Assembly: GCA_044229975.1 (NCBI GenBank)
Contig: JBGARZ010000026.1
Span: 62,728 to 126,727, forward strand
DNA length: 64,000 nucleotides
Direction: 5' to 3'
DNA from: Polyangiales bacterium
GTDB taxonomy: Bacteria > Myxococcota_A > Polyangia > Polyangiales > Ga0077539
Position 1 is the stretch's first letter. Each line of letters begins with the position of its first letter. A model generated the notes under the pieces. It searched no databases, was not told where the DNA came from, and was given only the letters and a program-made list of their open reading frames with translations. Both the position numbers and the translations under genes were made by a program. This document shows, piece after piece, positions 1 through 9,138 of the stretch.

Positions 1-373
1 GCGCGAGCCGCAGCGTCGCCCGCGGGACGGCGCGCGAGATGGCCGGCGGCACCCGCGTGAGACCGAGCAGGCGGTTGAGCCGGTAGGCCGCGATCTCGCC
101 GCGGTAATGGTCGCCGTGGCTGGAGGTGCGGGGCTTCCACGCCGCGTCGATGCCGCCCTCCAGGCGGAAGTGGAGGTTCACGCTGGTGCTGCCGACGTTC
201 TGTCGGCCGAGCACCCGCGCGCTGCGGATGGCCTCCAGGATGCGCGTCTCGGAGACACCTCCGAAGGTCCGACCATCGGCCACGACGGCAGGCGGAGGGG
301 ACGGTTGCGAGAGCCCGACCAGCGGGCCGAGGCCGATCGCGAGGCTCAGGAGGGGTGAGATCCAACGACGCAT
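1..373 (-). CDS. Secreted Fam20C/four-jointed-like atypical kinase, 5' part (runs off window start)
   Basis: Not in ORF track. Translated by hand from ATG 373: MRRWISPLLSLAIGLGPLVGLSQP (signal-like)...GSTSVNLHFRLEGGIDAAWKP...HYRGEIAAYRLNRLLGLTRVPPAISR, resembling the Fam20C N-lobe pattern GGTQLKL..ALFKP..EIAAFHLDRILDFRRVPP. Confidence 0.7.
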   Translation of the reverse strand, partial: MRRWISPLLSLAIGLGPLVGLSQPSPPPAVVADGRTFGGVSETRILEAIRSARVLGRQNVGSTSVNLHFRLEGGIDAAWKPRTSSHGDHYRGEIAAYRLNRLLGLTRVPPAISRAVPRATLRLA

Positions 374-517
374 GTCGGCCGCGAGAGCTAGCACGACCGA
401 CCCGAACGCCGGAATTCAGTGGAGTCCATCAAAGCGCGTGACGGACGCGCGGGGCGCGGCATTCCCTCGCGTGACCCTTGACCTGTCCGCGCGCCTGAGA
501 AATGGTCCCGGCCCGCC

Positions 518-1339
518 ATGCGTCACCCCCCCTTCGCCGTCGCTTCGTTGGTCCTCGTCTGTGGCGCTGTGGCCGGCGTCGTGATGGCCCAGCCCCGGCC
601 TCGTCCGCCCGTGCGCCCGGTGCGCGCCGACGCCGGCGTGGTCGCCGATGGCAGCGCCCCCGCGGCCGATGCCTCGACCCCTGCGACCGACGCCTCGGCG
701 ACGCCCGCCGCGAGCCTCGACGGCGCGACCCCCGCGACGCCCGTCAGCCTCGAAGACGGCGGCGTGCGCGTGGGCGACGCGTCCATCCCGATGCGCCAGC
801 TCGGCACGGGCACGGTGATCCACTTCCCGGTGCCCGAGCAGCTCGCCCGCACGGCGGTGCCGGTGTTCGCGCAGATCCGCTCGACGGCGCCCATCGACCA
901 CGTCTCGCTCTTCTACCGCGGCGTCGGCGCGCGGCGGTACACCGAGGTCCGCATGCCCGCGCTCGGGCAGCAGTTTCGCCTGCCGTCGGGCTTCGGCGCG
1001 ATGATCCCCTGCGACGACATCTTCCCGCCGCGGGTCGAGTACTACGTCGCAGCCATCGACTCGTCGGGCGCCTCCAACGGCGGCGCGGGCACGGCCGAGT
1101 CCCCCGTCCAGGTGGACATCGTCGACCGCCGCTCGTACGCCGCGCCGACGCTCCCCGGTCAGCCTCCGCCGCGCACCTGCGGCTCGCTCGCACAGACCGC
1201 CACCGTCCGCGACGCGGGCAGCGGCCCGGCCGTCATCGAGCGCGGCACCAACGACCTCGGCGAGCCCTGCCGCACCAACAACGAGTGCCGACGCGGCCTG
1301 CGCTGCGGCCTCAACCACCAGTGCGTCTTCGACCGCTAG
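518..1339 (+). CDS. Secreted protein: signal peptide, Ala/Asp/Thr-rich linker, beta-sandwich-like domain, C-terminal small Cys-rich module
   Basis: Hydrophobic N-terminus; HVSLFYR...VEYYVAAID beta-rich segment; C-terminal C-x5-C-x4-C-x5-C (CRTNNECRRGLRCGLNHQC); G/C-rich third positions. Confidence 0.75.
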   Translation: MRHPPFAVASLVLVCGAVAGVVMAQPRPRPPVRPVRADAGVVADGSAPAADASTPATDASATPAASLDGATPATPVSLEDGGVRVGDASIPMRQLGTGTVIHFPVPEQLARTAVPVFAQIRSTAPIDHVSLFYRGVGARRYTEVRMPALGQQFRLPSGFGAMIPCDDIFPPRVEYYVAAIDSSGASNGGAGTAESPVQVDIVDRRSYAAPTLPGQPPPRTCGSLAQTATVRDAGSGPAVIERGTNDLGEPCRTNNECRRGLRCGLNHQCVFDR

Positions 1340-1340
1340 C

Positions 1341-1357
1341 ATTGCCAGTCTGGCAAT
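1341..1357. promoter_or_regulatory. Perfect 8-1-8 palindrome, candidate regulator/enhancer binding site
   Basis: ATTGCCAG-T-CTGGCAAT in the intergenic region upstream of gspC. Confidence 0.4.
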
Positions 1358-1463
1358 CGCCCTCCGCGATGACCCGCACCTCACCTGCCAGATCGGCACC
1401 CGTCACCCCCGGCGCCAACCCGCGGTCCCGCAGCGGACCCGGGGTTTCCCGCGCCCACCAGGG

Positions 1464-1479
1464 TGGCACGGGCAGCGCA
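1464..1479 (+). promoter_or_regulatory. Candidate sigma54 -24/-12 promoter for the gsp operon
   Basis: TGGCACG-GGCA-GCGCA, exact GG-N10-GC spacing; the TT of the -12 element is missing and the leader would be very short. Confidence 0.35.
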
Positions 1480-1495
1480 TAGGACACCCCCACCG

Positions 1496-2554
1496 ATGGC
1501 TCGCTGGCTCAACAACATCGAAGGGGTCCTTCGACGCTACCCCTGGGTCATCCCCCTGGGGGCATTGGTTCCGTGCGCGTACTTCGCGGCGCGTGGCACC
1601 AACGACCTCGTGGCCGCCCAGCTCTTCGCGGCCGACACCGACGCGCTGGCGCGGGCCCTCCCGGCCTCCGCCGCCGGGGCGACGCCGGGCGAGCCCGTGG
1701 CCAACCACCACGTGCGCGACCGCACGGCGATCATCCACCGCAACGTCTTCGACTCCGACGCGGGCTGCCTCGACTGCGACGCGGGCCCCGCCGACGTGGT
1801 CGAGGTCGCCAACGACGGCACGCCACCGCCGCCCGAAGAGACCTTCCCCCCAGAGGCCTGCTACCCCGCGCCTCCCGGCGACGGGCGCGTGCGACCGGGG
1901 CCCTGCGAGACCGCGGCACGCATCGTCGGCGCGGTGGAGAGCGACGACCTGCTGTGGTCGTTCGTGCTGGTGAAGGACACCCCGACGGCGTCGGCGATGC
2001 CCTACCGCTTCGGCTCCACCCTCGACGGTCGCAACGTCGGCATCGTCTCGTGGTGCCGCGGACTCGGGGCCTACGTGCTCCTCCGCCCGCCCGGCGGTCA
2101 GCGCTGCTTCCTCGCGCAGAACATGCCTCCGCGCACGGCCCCCGCCGCGCCTGCGGCGCCCGTCGCAGCCGCCGCGGCCCCGGCCGCCGATGGTGCGCTC
2201 GGGGGTGTGCTGGAGGGCATCGAGCGGGTGAGTAACAACGAGTTCAACGTCCGTCGCAGCACCGTCGACCGCATCCTGGAGAGCCAGGCCGAGCTCATGC
2301 GGACGACGCGCATCATGCCCGTCGACCAGGGCGGGCGCGTCATCGGCGTGCAGCTCTTCGGGGTGCGCGGCAACTCGCTGCTGGGCCGCCTCGGGATGCA
2401 GAACGGCGACGTCCTCAACCGCATCAACGGCCTCGACATCGGCTCGCCCGACCGCGCGCTCGAGGCCTACTCCCGGCTCCGCACCAGCGACAATCTCCAG
2501 GTGTCCGTCACCCGCAACGGGCAGCCCGTCAACATCGACTTCCACATCCGCTGA
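1496..2554 (+). CDS. gspC: Type II secretion protein C (PDZ-containing)
   Basis: N-terminal TM, RNVFDS motif, C-terminal PDZ (GVQLFGVRGNSLLGRLGMQNGDVLNRING); first gene before the secretin. Confidence 0.88.
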   Translation: MARWLNNIEGVLRRYPWVIPLGALVPCAYFAARGTNDLVAAQLFAADTDALARALPASAAGATPGEPVANHHVRDRTAIIHRNVFDSDAGCLDCDAGPADVVEVANDGTPPPPEETFPPEACYPAPPGDGRVRPGPCETAARIVGAVESDDLLWSFVLVKDTPTASAMPYRFGSTLDGRNVGIVSWCRGLGAYVLLRPPGGQRCFLAQNMPPRTAPAAPAAPVAAAAAPAADGALGGVLEGIERVSNNEFNVRRSTVDRILESQAELMRTTRIMPVDQGGRVIGVQLFGVRGNSLLGRLGMQNGDVLNRINGLDIGSPDRALEAYSRLRTSDNLQVSVTRNGQPVNIDFHIR

Positions 2555-2560
2555 GCACGC

Positions 2561-5134
2561 ATGACCCGCCGACCATCGACCGCCTCGTCCCTCATCGCGC
2601 TCTGCGCCGCCCTCGCCGCCCTGCTCGCGCACGCCGCGGTCGCAGTCGCGCAGCCGGGCCCGACGCCCACCCGACCCGACCGGCTCAACCCGGGCATCGT
2701 GCAGGCGCAGCCGCCGACGGTGGCGCCGCGCACGCCCGCGGTCCCGGTCGCGCGCCCCGCGGCGACGCCAGTCGCGCGCCCCGCGGCGACGCCCGTCGCC
2801 GCCCCCACGCGCACCGGAACCGGCCCTGGTCAGCAGGTCGCCCCGACACCCGGCATCCAGTCGGTCATCGGCGCGGCGGGGGCCAACCCCAACATGCACG
2901 AGTTCGATCCGGGCATGGAGTACCAGGCGCTGCCGCCGGGGGCGCGCATCACGTTCAACCTCCAGGACGCTGACCTCCCCGACCTCATCCGCGCCATCGG
3001 CAACATCACGGGCCGACGCTTCATCCTCCCGGGCAAGGTGCGGTCGATCAAGACCACCATCTACTCGCCCACCAAGGTCACGCCCGCCGAGGCCTACCAG
3101 GCCTTCCTCTCGGTGCTCGCGGTCAACGGGATGACCGTCGTCCCGTCGGGTCGCTACCTCAAGGTCGAGGAGACCGCCGGGGCCGCCACGCAGGTGCTCC
3201 CCACCTACGGCGCCGGGCAGGACGCGCCCGCCGACGACCGCTTCATCACCCGCGTGGTGCGCCTGCGAAGCATCTCCGCCGACGACGCCTCGACGGTGCT
3301 CGGGCACTTCAAATCGCGCGACGGAGACATCACCCCGTACGCGGCCACCAACACGCTCATCATCACCGACCTCGCGGCCAACATCCGACGGATGCTCCAG
3401 ATTCTCGGGGAGGTCGACGTCGGTGGGGTCGGCGAGCAGATCTGGGTCGAGCCAGTGCACTACGCGCTCGCCAGTGAGCTCGCGACGCGCATCACCGAGA
3501 TCCTCGGCGGCGGCACCGGCGCGGCCGCGGCGGCTCGTCCCGCGGGCGCAGCGGCGACGTCGGAGGTACGCCTCGGGCGCATCCTCTCGGACGACCGCAC
3601 CAACAGCCTCGTCATCGTGGCCACGCAGCGGATGTACATCCGCGTGCTCGAGCTGCTCCGCCGCCTCGACGTCTCCATCGACGGCGAAGGCCAGGTGAGG
3701 GTGCTCCGCCTCCAGCACGGCGACGCCGACGAGATGGCGACCGTCCTCAACAACATCACCAACGGCGGCCGTCAGGCGGGCGCCCCCGCGGCGGGCGCGG
3801 CGCGCGGCACCAACGCGGTCTTCGAAGGACCGGTCCGCATCACGGCCGACAAGCCCTCCAACGCGCTGGTCATCACCTCGTCGCCGCGTGACTACGTCGC
3901 TCTCCGTCGGGTCATCGACGAGCTCGACCGGTCGCGCCGGCAGGTGTTCATCGAGGCCGTCGTGATGGAGCTGTCCATCAACCGCTCCAACCGCCTCGGG
4001 CTCAACTTCCACGGCGCCCTGCCCCTCGACGAGAGCGGCCAGGAGGGCATCGCGCTCGGCGGCTTCAACCCCCTGTCGAGCATCATTCCTGGCGCCGACG
4101 CGCTCACGGGCCTCGCCCTCGGCGTGCGCGGCCAGCAGGTCGCCGGCTCGCAGAACCTCATCCCCGGCATCGGCGTGTCCATCCCGGCCTTCGGCGTGAC
4201 CCTCAACGCCCTCGCCTCGACGGGCGACGCCAACGTCCTCTCGATGCCGCACATCCTCGCGACGGACAACTCGCCCGCCGACATCAACGTCGGGCAGAAC
4301 GTCCCCCTCCAGACCAACATCGGCGGCATCGCGTCGGGCCTCACCGGCGCCGCGGGCGCGCAGGCGGGTGCGCTCGGCGGCCTGCTCGGCGGGCTCGGCG
4401 GCGCGGGCTTCGCGGCGCCCCGCCAGGACGTCGGCACGAAGATCCGCATCATCCCGCACATCAACGACTCCAACGAGGTGCGCCTGGAGATCGACGAGGA
4501 GATCTCCGAGGTGGGCGCCTCCAGCGGTCAGCTCGGCGCGGTGACCATCAACCGCCGCACGGCCAAGACCGTCACCGTGGTGCGCGACCAGAACACCGTC
4601 GTGATCGGCGGCCTCATCCGCAACACCGACACCAACAGCGAGACACGCATCCCCATCCTCGGGGACATCCCCATCCTCGGCGCGCTCTTCCGGCGCACCG
4701 AGCGCGCGGTGCAGCGCTCCAACCTCCTGCTCATCCTCACGCCCTACGTCATCCGCGACCAGAGCGACCTGCGCCGCATCTTCGAGCGCAAGATGCGCGA
4801 GCGGCAGGAGTTCCTCGACCGGTACTTCGTCTTCGGCGACCAGGACTACGAGCCGCCGCGCGACTACTCGCGCACCAACGGTCTGGTCGAGGAGATCCGG
4901 CAGTCCATCCGCGAGCTGCGCACGCGCGCCGAGCTCGAAGCCAACGCCCGCCCGGTGCGACCGGCGCCGCACATGCCCGGCGAGAGCATCGAGCTCCCGG
5001 TCGAGATGCGCCCCTCGTCGGGCCCGCCCAGCGCCGCCGCCCCCGCCGCGCCGGTCGCCGGTGCCCCGGCCCTCGCGCCCGCTCCGGCCATCGTCGCCCC
5101 GGCGATCGCCCTGCCCGTCGCCACGCCTCCGTAG
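2561..5134 (+). CDS. gspD: Type II secretion secretin D
   Basis: N0 domain (FNLQDADL..LIRAI), N-domain repeats, secretin motifs QVFIEAVVMEL, ANVLSMPHILATDN, RIPILGDIPILGALFR. Confidence 0.97.
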   Translation: MTRRPSTASSLIALCAALAALLAHAAVAVAQPGPTPTRPDRLNPGIVQAQPPTVAPRTPAVPVARPAATPVARPAATPVAAPTRTGTGPGQQVAPTPGIQSVIGAAGANPNMHEFDPGMEYQALPPGARITFNLQDADLPDLIRAIGNITGRRFILPGKVRSIKTTIYSPTKVTPAEAYQAFLSVLAVNGMTVVPSGRYLKVEETAGAATQVLPTYGAGQDAPADDRFITRVVRLRSISADDASTVLGHFKSRDGDITPYAATNTLIITDLAANIRRMLQILGEVDVGGVGEQIWVEPVHYALASELATRITEILGGGTGAAAAARPAGAAATSEVRLGRILSDDRTNSLVIVATQRMYIRVLELLRRLDVSIDGEGQVRVLRLQHGDADEMATVLNNITNGGRQAGAPAAGAARGTNAVFEGPVRITADKPSNALVITSSPRDYVALRRVIDELDRSRRQVFIEAVVMELSINRSNRLGLNFHGALPLDESGQEGIALGGFNPLSSIIPGADALTGLALGVRGQQVAGSQNLIPGIGVSIPAFGVTLNALASTGDANVLSMPHILATDNSPADINVGQNVPLQTNIGGIASGLTGAAGAQAGALGGLLGGLGGAGFAAPRQDVGTKIRIIPHINDSNEVRLEIDEEISEVGASSGQLGAVTINRRTAKTVTVVRDQNTVVIGGLIRNTDTNSETRIPILGDIPILGALFRRTERAVQRSNLLLILTPYVIRDQSDLRRIFERKMRERQEFLDRYFVFGDQDYEPPRDYSRTNGLVEEIRQSIRELRTRAELEANARPVRPAPHMPGESIELPVEMRPSSGPPSAAAPAAPVAGAPALAPAPAIVAPAIALPVATPP

Positions 5135-5159
5135 GCTGTTTCCTGGAGAGACCCCGACG

Positions 5160-6950
5160 ATGACCTCCGCGAACTACATGGCCGACGTCTTCCACCGCCA
5201 CGGGGTGGTGACCCCCGAGCGGCTGGCCGAGGCGATGGCCCAGGTCGAGCGCGAGCGCAGCGGAACGCTCCTCGACGTGCTCTCGCGCAACGGCGTCGAC
5301 GAGGCCCCGTTGAGCCGCTCGCTCGCCCTGGAGCTGGGCTTCGACTTCCTCGACCCGCTCCCGCGCACCGACCAGATGCCCGTCGCGCTGCTCCGCGAGT
5401 CGGGCTTCGACTTCGGCTTCGCGCGGCAGAAGCAGATGATCCCGGTGCGCGAAGAGCCCGACGGCAGGCTGCTCATCGCGCTCGGCAACCCCCTCGACAC
5501 GGTCGGCATCGACGACCTGCGGATGGTGTTTCAGCGCGAGCTGGAGTCCGTCGCGGCGACGCCGAGCGCGGTGCTCGACGCCATCAACCGCGCGCAGGCG
5601 GAGATCAACCGCACCAACGAGCTCACGCACCAGGGCGCGCACGACGCGAGCGAGGAGCGCACCGACATCCTGGAGAGCGACGAGGACGCGCAGATCATCC
5701 GCTGGGTGAACTCGCTCTTCGTCGAGGCCGTGAAGGAGCGCGCCAGCGACATCCACATCCAGCCCGACGCCGGCCAGGTCGCCGTGCGCTACCGCATCGA
5801 CGGGCGCCTCTACCAGATGCGCACCGCGCCGAAGAGCGTGCTGCCCTCCATCGTGGCCCGCGTGAAGATCATGTCGGGCCTCAACATCGCCGAGAAGCGG
5901 CTCCCGCAGGACGGGCGCATCGGCTTCAAGATCGGCGCGAAGGAGATCGACATCCGCGTGAGCAGCATCCCCATCGGCCAGGGGGTGGGCGAGCGCATCG
6001 TGATGCGCATCCTGAACAAGGCCTCGGTGATGCTGGAGCTCACCGACCTGGGCTTCGCGCCCGACCGCCTGGAGCGCATGCACCAGCTCATCGACCTGCC
6101 CGAGGGGATCATCCTCGTGACCGGTCCGACGGGCTCGGGGAAGACCACGACGCTCTACGCGTGCCTCAACAAGATCAACACCCCCGACGTGAACATCCTC
6201 ACGGCGGAAGACCCCATCGAGTACGACATCACCGGGCTCTCGCAGATGCAGGTCAACCCGCGCATCGGGCTCACCTTCGCGTCGTGCCTCCGCGCCTTCC
6301 TCCGGCAAGACCCGGACGTGGTCATGGTCGGTGAGATCCGCGACAAGGAGACGGCCGAGATCGCCGTGCACGCGTCGCTCACGGGCCACCTCGTGCTGTC
6401 GACGATCCACACCAACGACGCCGCCGGCGCGGTCACCCGCCTCGTCGAGATGGGCATCGAGAACTTCCACCTCACGAGCTCGCTCAAGGCCATTCTCGCG
6501 CAGCGCCTCGTGCGCGTGCTGTGCCCGCTCTGCAAGGAGCCGTACACCCCGCGCGAGGTCGACCTCGCCCGCATCGGCGTCGACGCCGAGCGCCTCGCGG
6601 CCAAGCTCGCCCGCCCGGAGACCCGCTACGGTCGCAGCGCGTTTGGCGGGTCGCCCGCGGCCAAGGTCGCGGCGCGCATCGCGGCCGGGGCGCCGGTGAC
6701 CATCTACCGGGCGCGCGGCTGCGCGGCCTGCCAGAACACCGGCTACCAGGGCCGCACCGGCATCTACGAGCTGCTGCTGGTGAGCGACGCCGTGCGCCTG
6801 CTGGTGCTGAAGAACGTCGACTCCCCGACCATCCGCCGCGCGGCCATCGAGGAGGGCATGGACACGCTGCGCGACGACGGGGTGCGCAAGGTCTTCGAGG
6901 GTCACACGACGCTCGAAGAGGTGCTCGCGGCCACGCAGGACGACGTCTAG
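5160..6950 (+). CDS. gspE: Type II secretion ATPase E
   Basis: ASDIHI, RLPQDGRI, Walker A GPTGSGKTT, LRQDPDVVMVGEIRD, tetra-Cys motif CPLC...CAAC. Confidence 0.97.
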   Translation: MTSANYMADVFHRHGVVTPERLAEAMAQVERERSGTLLDVLSRNGVDEAPLSRSLALELGFDFLDPLPRTDQMPVALLRESGFDFGFARQKQMIPVREEPDGRLLIALGNPLDTVGIDDLRMVFQRELESVAATPSAVLDAINRAQAEINRTNELTHQGAHDASEERTDILESDEDAQIIRWVNSLFVEAVKERASDIHIQPDAGQVAVRYRIDGRLYQMRTAPKSVLPSIVARVKIMSGLNIAEKRLPQDGRIGFKIGAKEIDIRVSSIPIGQGVGERIVMRILNKASVMLELTDLGFAPDRLERMHQLIDLPEGIILVTGPTGSGKTTTLYACLNKINTPDVNILTAEDPIEYDITGLSQMQVNPRIGLTFASCLRAFLRQDPDVVMVGEIRDKETAEIAVHASLTGHLVLSTIHTNDAAGAVTRLVEMGIENFHLTSSLKAILAQRLVRVLCPLCKEPYTPREVDLARIGVDAERLAAKLARPETRYGRSAFGGSPAAKVAARIAAGAPVTIYRARGCAACQNTGYQGRTGIYELLLVSDAVRLLVLKNVDSPTIRRAAIEEGMDTLRDDGVRKVFEGHTTLEEVLAATQDDV

Positions 6951-6957
6951 GTCGACG

Positions 6958-8247
6958 ATGGCGCACTTCGCATACACGGGCGTCGACGCGAAGGGGAAGA
7001 CGGTCCGCGGGACGGTCGACGCCGACGACGTGAAGGGCGTCCGGCAGGCGCTGCGGCGGCAGGGGATCTTCCTCGACGAGGCCACGCCGCTCGCGGAGGC
7101 GAAGGCCGCCGAAGCGCGCATGAAGGCCGCGGCGGGCACGGTGGCCCAGGTCGGGCTCGCCGTCTCGGCGCCGGGCTTGTACAGGTTCTTCAATCGGGTC
7201 CGGCGCATCGTGTCCAACCCGGGGCAGGCGGTGGCGCTCTCGACGCGGCAGCTCGCCACGCTGGTGAAGGCGGGCATCCCGCTGGTGGAGTCGCTCACGG
7301 CGCTCATCGAGCAGCTCGAAAACGAGGAGCTGCGCGAGGCGTACACCGACGTGCGCGACCGGGTGAACGAGGGCACCGGCTTCGCGACGGCGCTGGCCCA
7401 GCACCCGCGGATGTTTCCCGGGCTCTACATCTCGATGGTGGCCGCGGGCGAGGCGTCGGGGACGCTCGAAGCGGTGCTCCTGCGCCTCGCGGACTTCATG
7501 GAGAGCCAGGTCAAGCTCAAGGGCAAGATCGTGGGCGCGCTCGCGTACCCGGCGTTCATGGCGCTCATGGGCATCGGCATCGTCGGGATGATGATGGTGG
7601 TGGTGGTCCCGAAGGTGAGCGCCATCTTCGACGACTTCCGGCAGGCGCTGCCCTGGTACACGGCGCTGCTCATCGGCGTGTCCAACTTCGTGGCGCGCTT
7701 CTGGTGGCTGGTGATCCTCCTCGGCGGGCTCGCGGGGTACCTCTTCTCGCGCTGGCAGAAGACCCCGGAGGGGGCGTTTCGCTGGGACGCCTTCCGGCTG
7801 CGGGTGCCGGTGTTTGGCGAGCTCACGCGCATGGTCGCCATCTCGCGCTTCACCCGCACCCTCGCCACGCTGCTCGCCTCGGGCGTGCCGCTCCTCAAGG
7901 CGATGGACATCGTCAAGAACGTCATGGAAAACCGCGTTCTCGAAGCGGTGATCACCGAGGCGACGGTGTCCATCAAGGAGGGCGAGAGCATCGCCGAGCC
8001 GCTCAAGCGCTCGGGGAGATTCCCCCCGATGGTCACGCAGATGATCACCGTGGGCGAGCGCAGCGGCGAGCTGGAGTCGATGCTCGAAGCCATCGCGGGC
8101 TCGTACGACAGCGCCATCGACGCGCGCGTCGCGGTGCTCACCTCGCTGCTCGAACCCGTGATGATCCTGGTGATGGGGTCGACGTCCGGTGGCATCGCGT
8201 TCGCGATCCTGATGCCGCTGCTCCAGCTCAACGAGTTCGCCAATTGA
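6958..8247 (+). CDS. gspF: Type II secretion inner-membrane platform protein F
   Basis: TRQLATLVKAGIPL, AGEASGTL, ALAYP, VGERSGEL; three TM segments. Confidence 0.95.
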   Translation: MAHFAYTGVDAKGKTVRGTVDADDVKGVRQALRRQGIFLDEATPLAEAKAAEARMKAAAGTVAQVGLAVSAPGLYRFFNRVRRIVSNPGQAVALSTRQLATLVKAGIPLVESLTALIEQLENEELREAYTDVRDRVNEGTGFATALAQHPRMFPGLYISMVAAGEASGTLEAVLLRLADFMESQVKLKGKIVGALAYPAFMALMGIGIVGMMMVVVVPKVSAIFDDFRQALPWYTALLIGVSNFVARFWWLVILLGGLAGYLFSRWQKTPEGAFRWDAFRLRVPVFGELTRMVAISRFTRTLATLLASGVPLLKAMDIVKNVMENRVLEAVITEATVSIKEGESIAEPLKRSGRFPPMVTQMITVGERSGELESMLEAIAGSYDSAIDARVAVLTSLLEPVMILVMGSTSGGIAFAILMPLLQLNEFAN

Positions 8248-8270
8248 GCCAGCGGCGCCGACCCGAGAGC

Positions 8271-8675
8271 GTGGTGGAGTTCACCTGGGAGCGGCGCAAC
8301 CGCTGGTGGTCGTGGCTGTCCATGCGCCACGCGCGGGCGCTCGTCGGCGGGGCCGTTGCGGTGAGCGCGGTGCTGCTCGCGGTGTCCGTCAACGCCCACA
8401 CCCGGCGGGTGCACGCGACGCGCGCCTCGATCGTGTCGGTGCAGCGCGCGACCGAGGCCTTCCGCGCCGACCACGGGCGCTGCCCGAGCGGCGTCGCCGA
8501 GCTGGTGCACCCGCCCGAAGGGTCGCGCGGGGCGCGGCGCTACCTCGCCCGGGCGCGCGTCGACGCGTGGGGCAGAGACTTTCTCTACACATGTCCGGGG
8601 GGGAAGTTCCCAGCCTCGGCCGACGTTGTTTCGGGCGGGCCGGAAGGTTCCTTCGGGCTCGATCGCGTCGAATGA
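8271..8675 (+). CDS. GspG-like pseudopilin lacking a canonical prepilin cleavage motif
   Basis: GTG start; TM followed by GspG-like head (AFRADHGRCP..L..L...YL....DAWGRDFLYTCPG....DVVSGGPEG); no G|FTLxE. Confidence 0.7.
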   Translation: MVEFTWERRNRWWSWLSMRHARALVGGAVAVSAVLLAVSVNAHTRRVHATRASIVSVQRATEAFRADHGRCPSGVAELVHPPEGSRGARRYLARARVDAWGRDFLYTCPGGKFPASADVVSGGPEGSFGLDRVE

Positions 8676-8707
8676 TCCACACCACCCACAGCCAAGGAGC
8701 CATCGGG

Positions 8708-9133
8708 ATGAACACCCTGCGACGTCAGCTCTCTCTCGCCCTGCGCGCCCTCGCGCGCCCGGCGCCCCGCCGCCGCATGCGCGGCATGACCCTCGTCGAG
8801 ATCATGATCGTGGTCGTGATCATGGGGCTCATCGCGAGCGCCGTGGGCCTCGCGGTCTTCGACCAGGCCAAGAAGGCCAAGAAGGACACGGCGGGCCAGG
8901 AGGTTCGCACCATGGAGCACGCCATCGAGCTGTGGCGGCAGGATCATCCCCAGGGATGTCCCAACGTCGAGCGCCTGGTCTCCGACGGCGTGCTCAACCG
9001 CCGCCAGCGCACCAAGGACCCGTGGGACAACGAGTACATGATCTCGTGCGAGGGCGGCGAGGCCAACGTGCACTCCAAGGGCCCCGACGGCATCGACGGC
9101 AACGAGGACGACGTCCCGCAGCGCCGCAACTAG
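8708..9133 (+). CDS. gspG: Major pseudopilin G
   Basis: RG|MTLVEIMIVVVIMGLIA; DPWDNEY...SKGPDGIDGNEDD; AAGGAG RBS. Confidence 0.92.
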   Translation: MNTLRRQLSLALRALARPAPRRRMRGMTLVEIMIVVVIMGLIASAVGLAVFDQAKKAKKDTAGQEVRTMEHAIELWRQDHPQGCPNVERLVSDGVLNRRQRTKDPWDNEYMISCEGGEANVHSKGPDGIDGNEDDVPQRRN

Positions 9134-9138
9134 ACCCA

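Noticed and set aside
2747..2794. 24-bp tandem duplication in gspD (VARPAATP x2); also a 12-bp x3 repeat in rsmI near 34873-34908
   Set aside because: Ordinary in-frame slippage in low-complexity segments.
1403..4972. 1189-aa minus-strand ORF, and similar long antisense ORFs at 4749-7376, 22365-25853, 37665-42266 and 49310-53107
   Set aside because: Shadow ORFs opposite well-supported genes. High GC3 removes stops from the antisense frame, and they carry no protein motifs.
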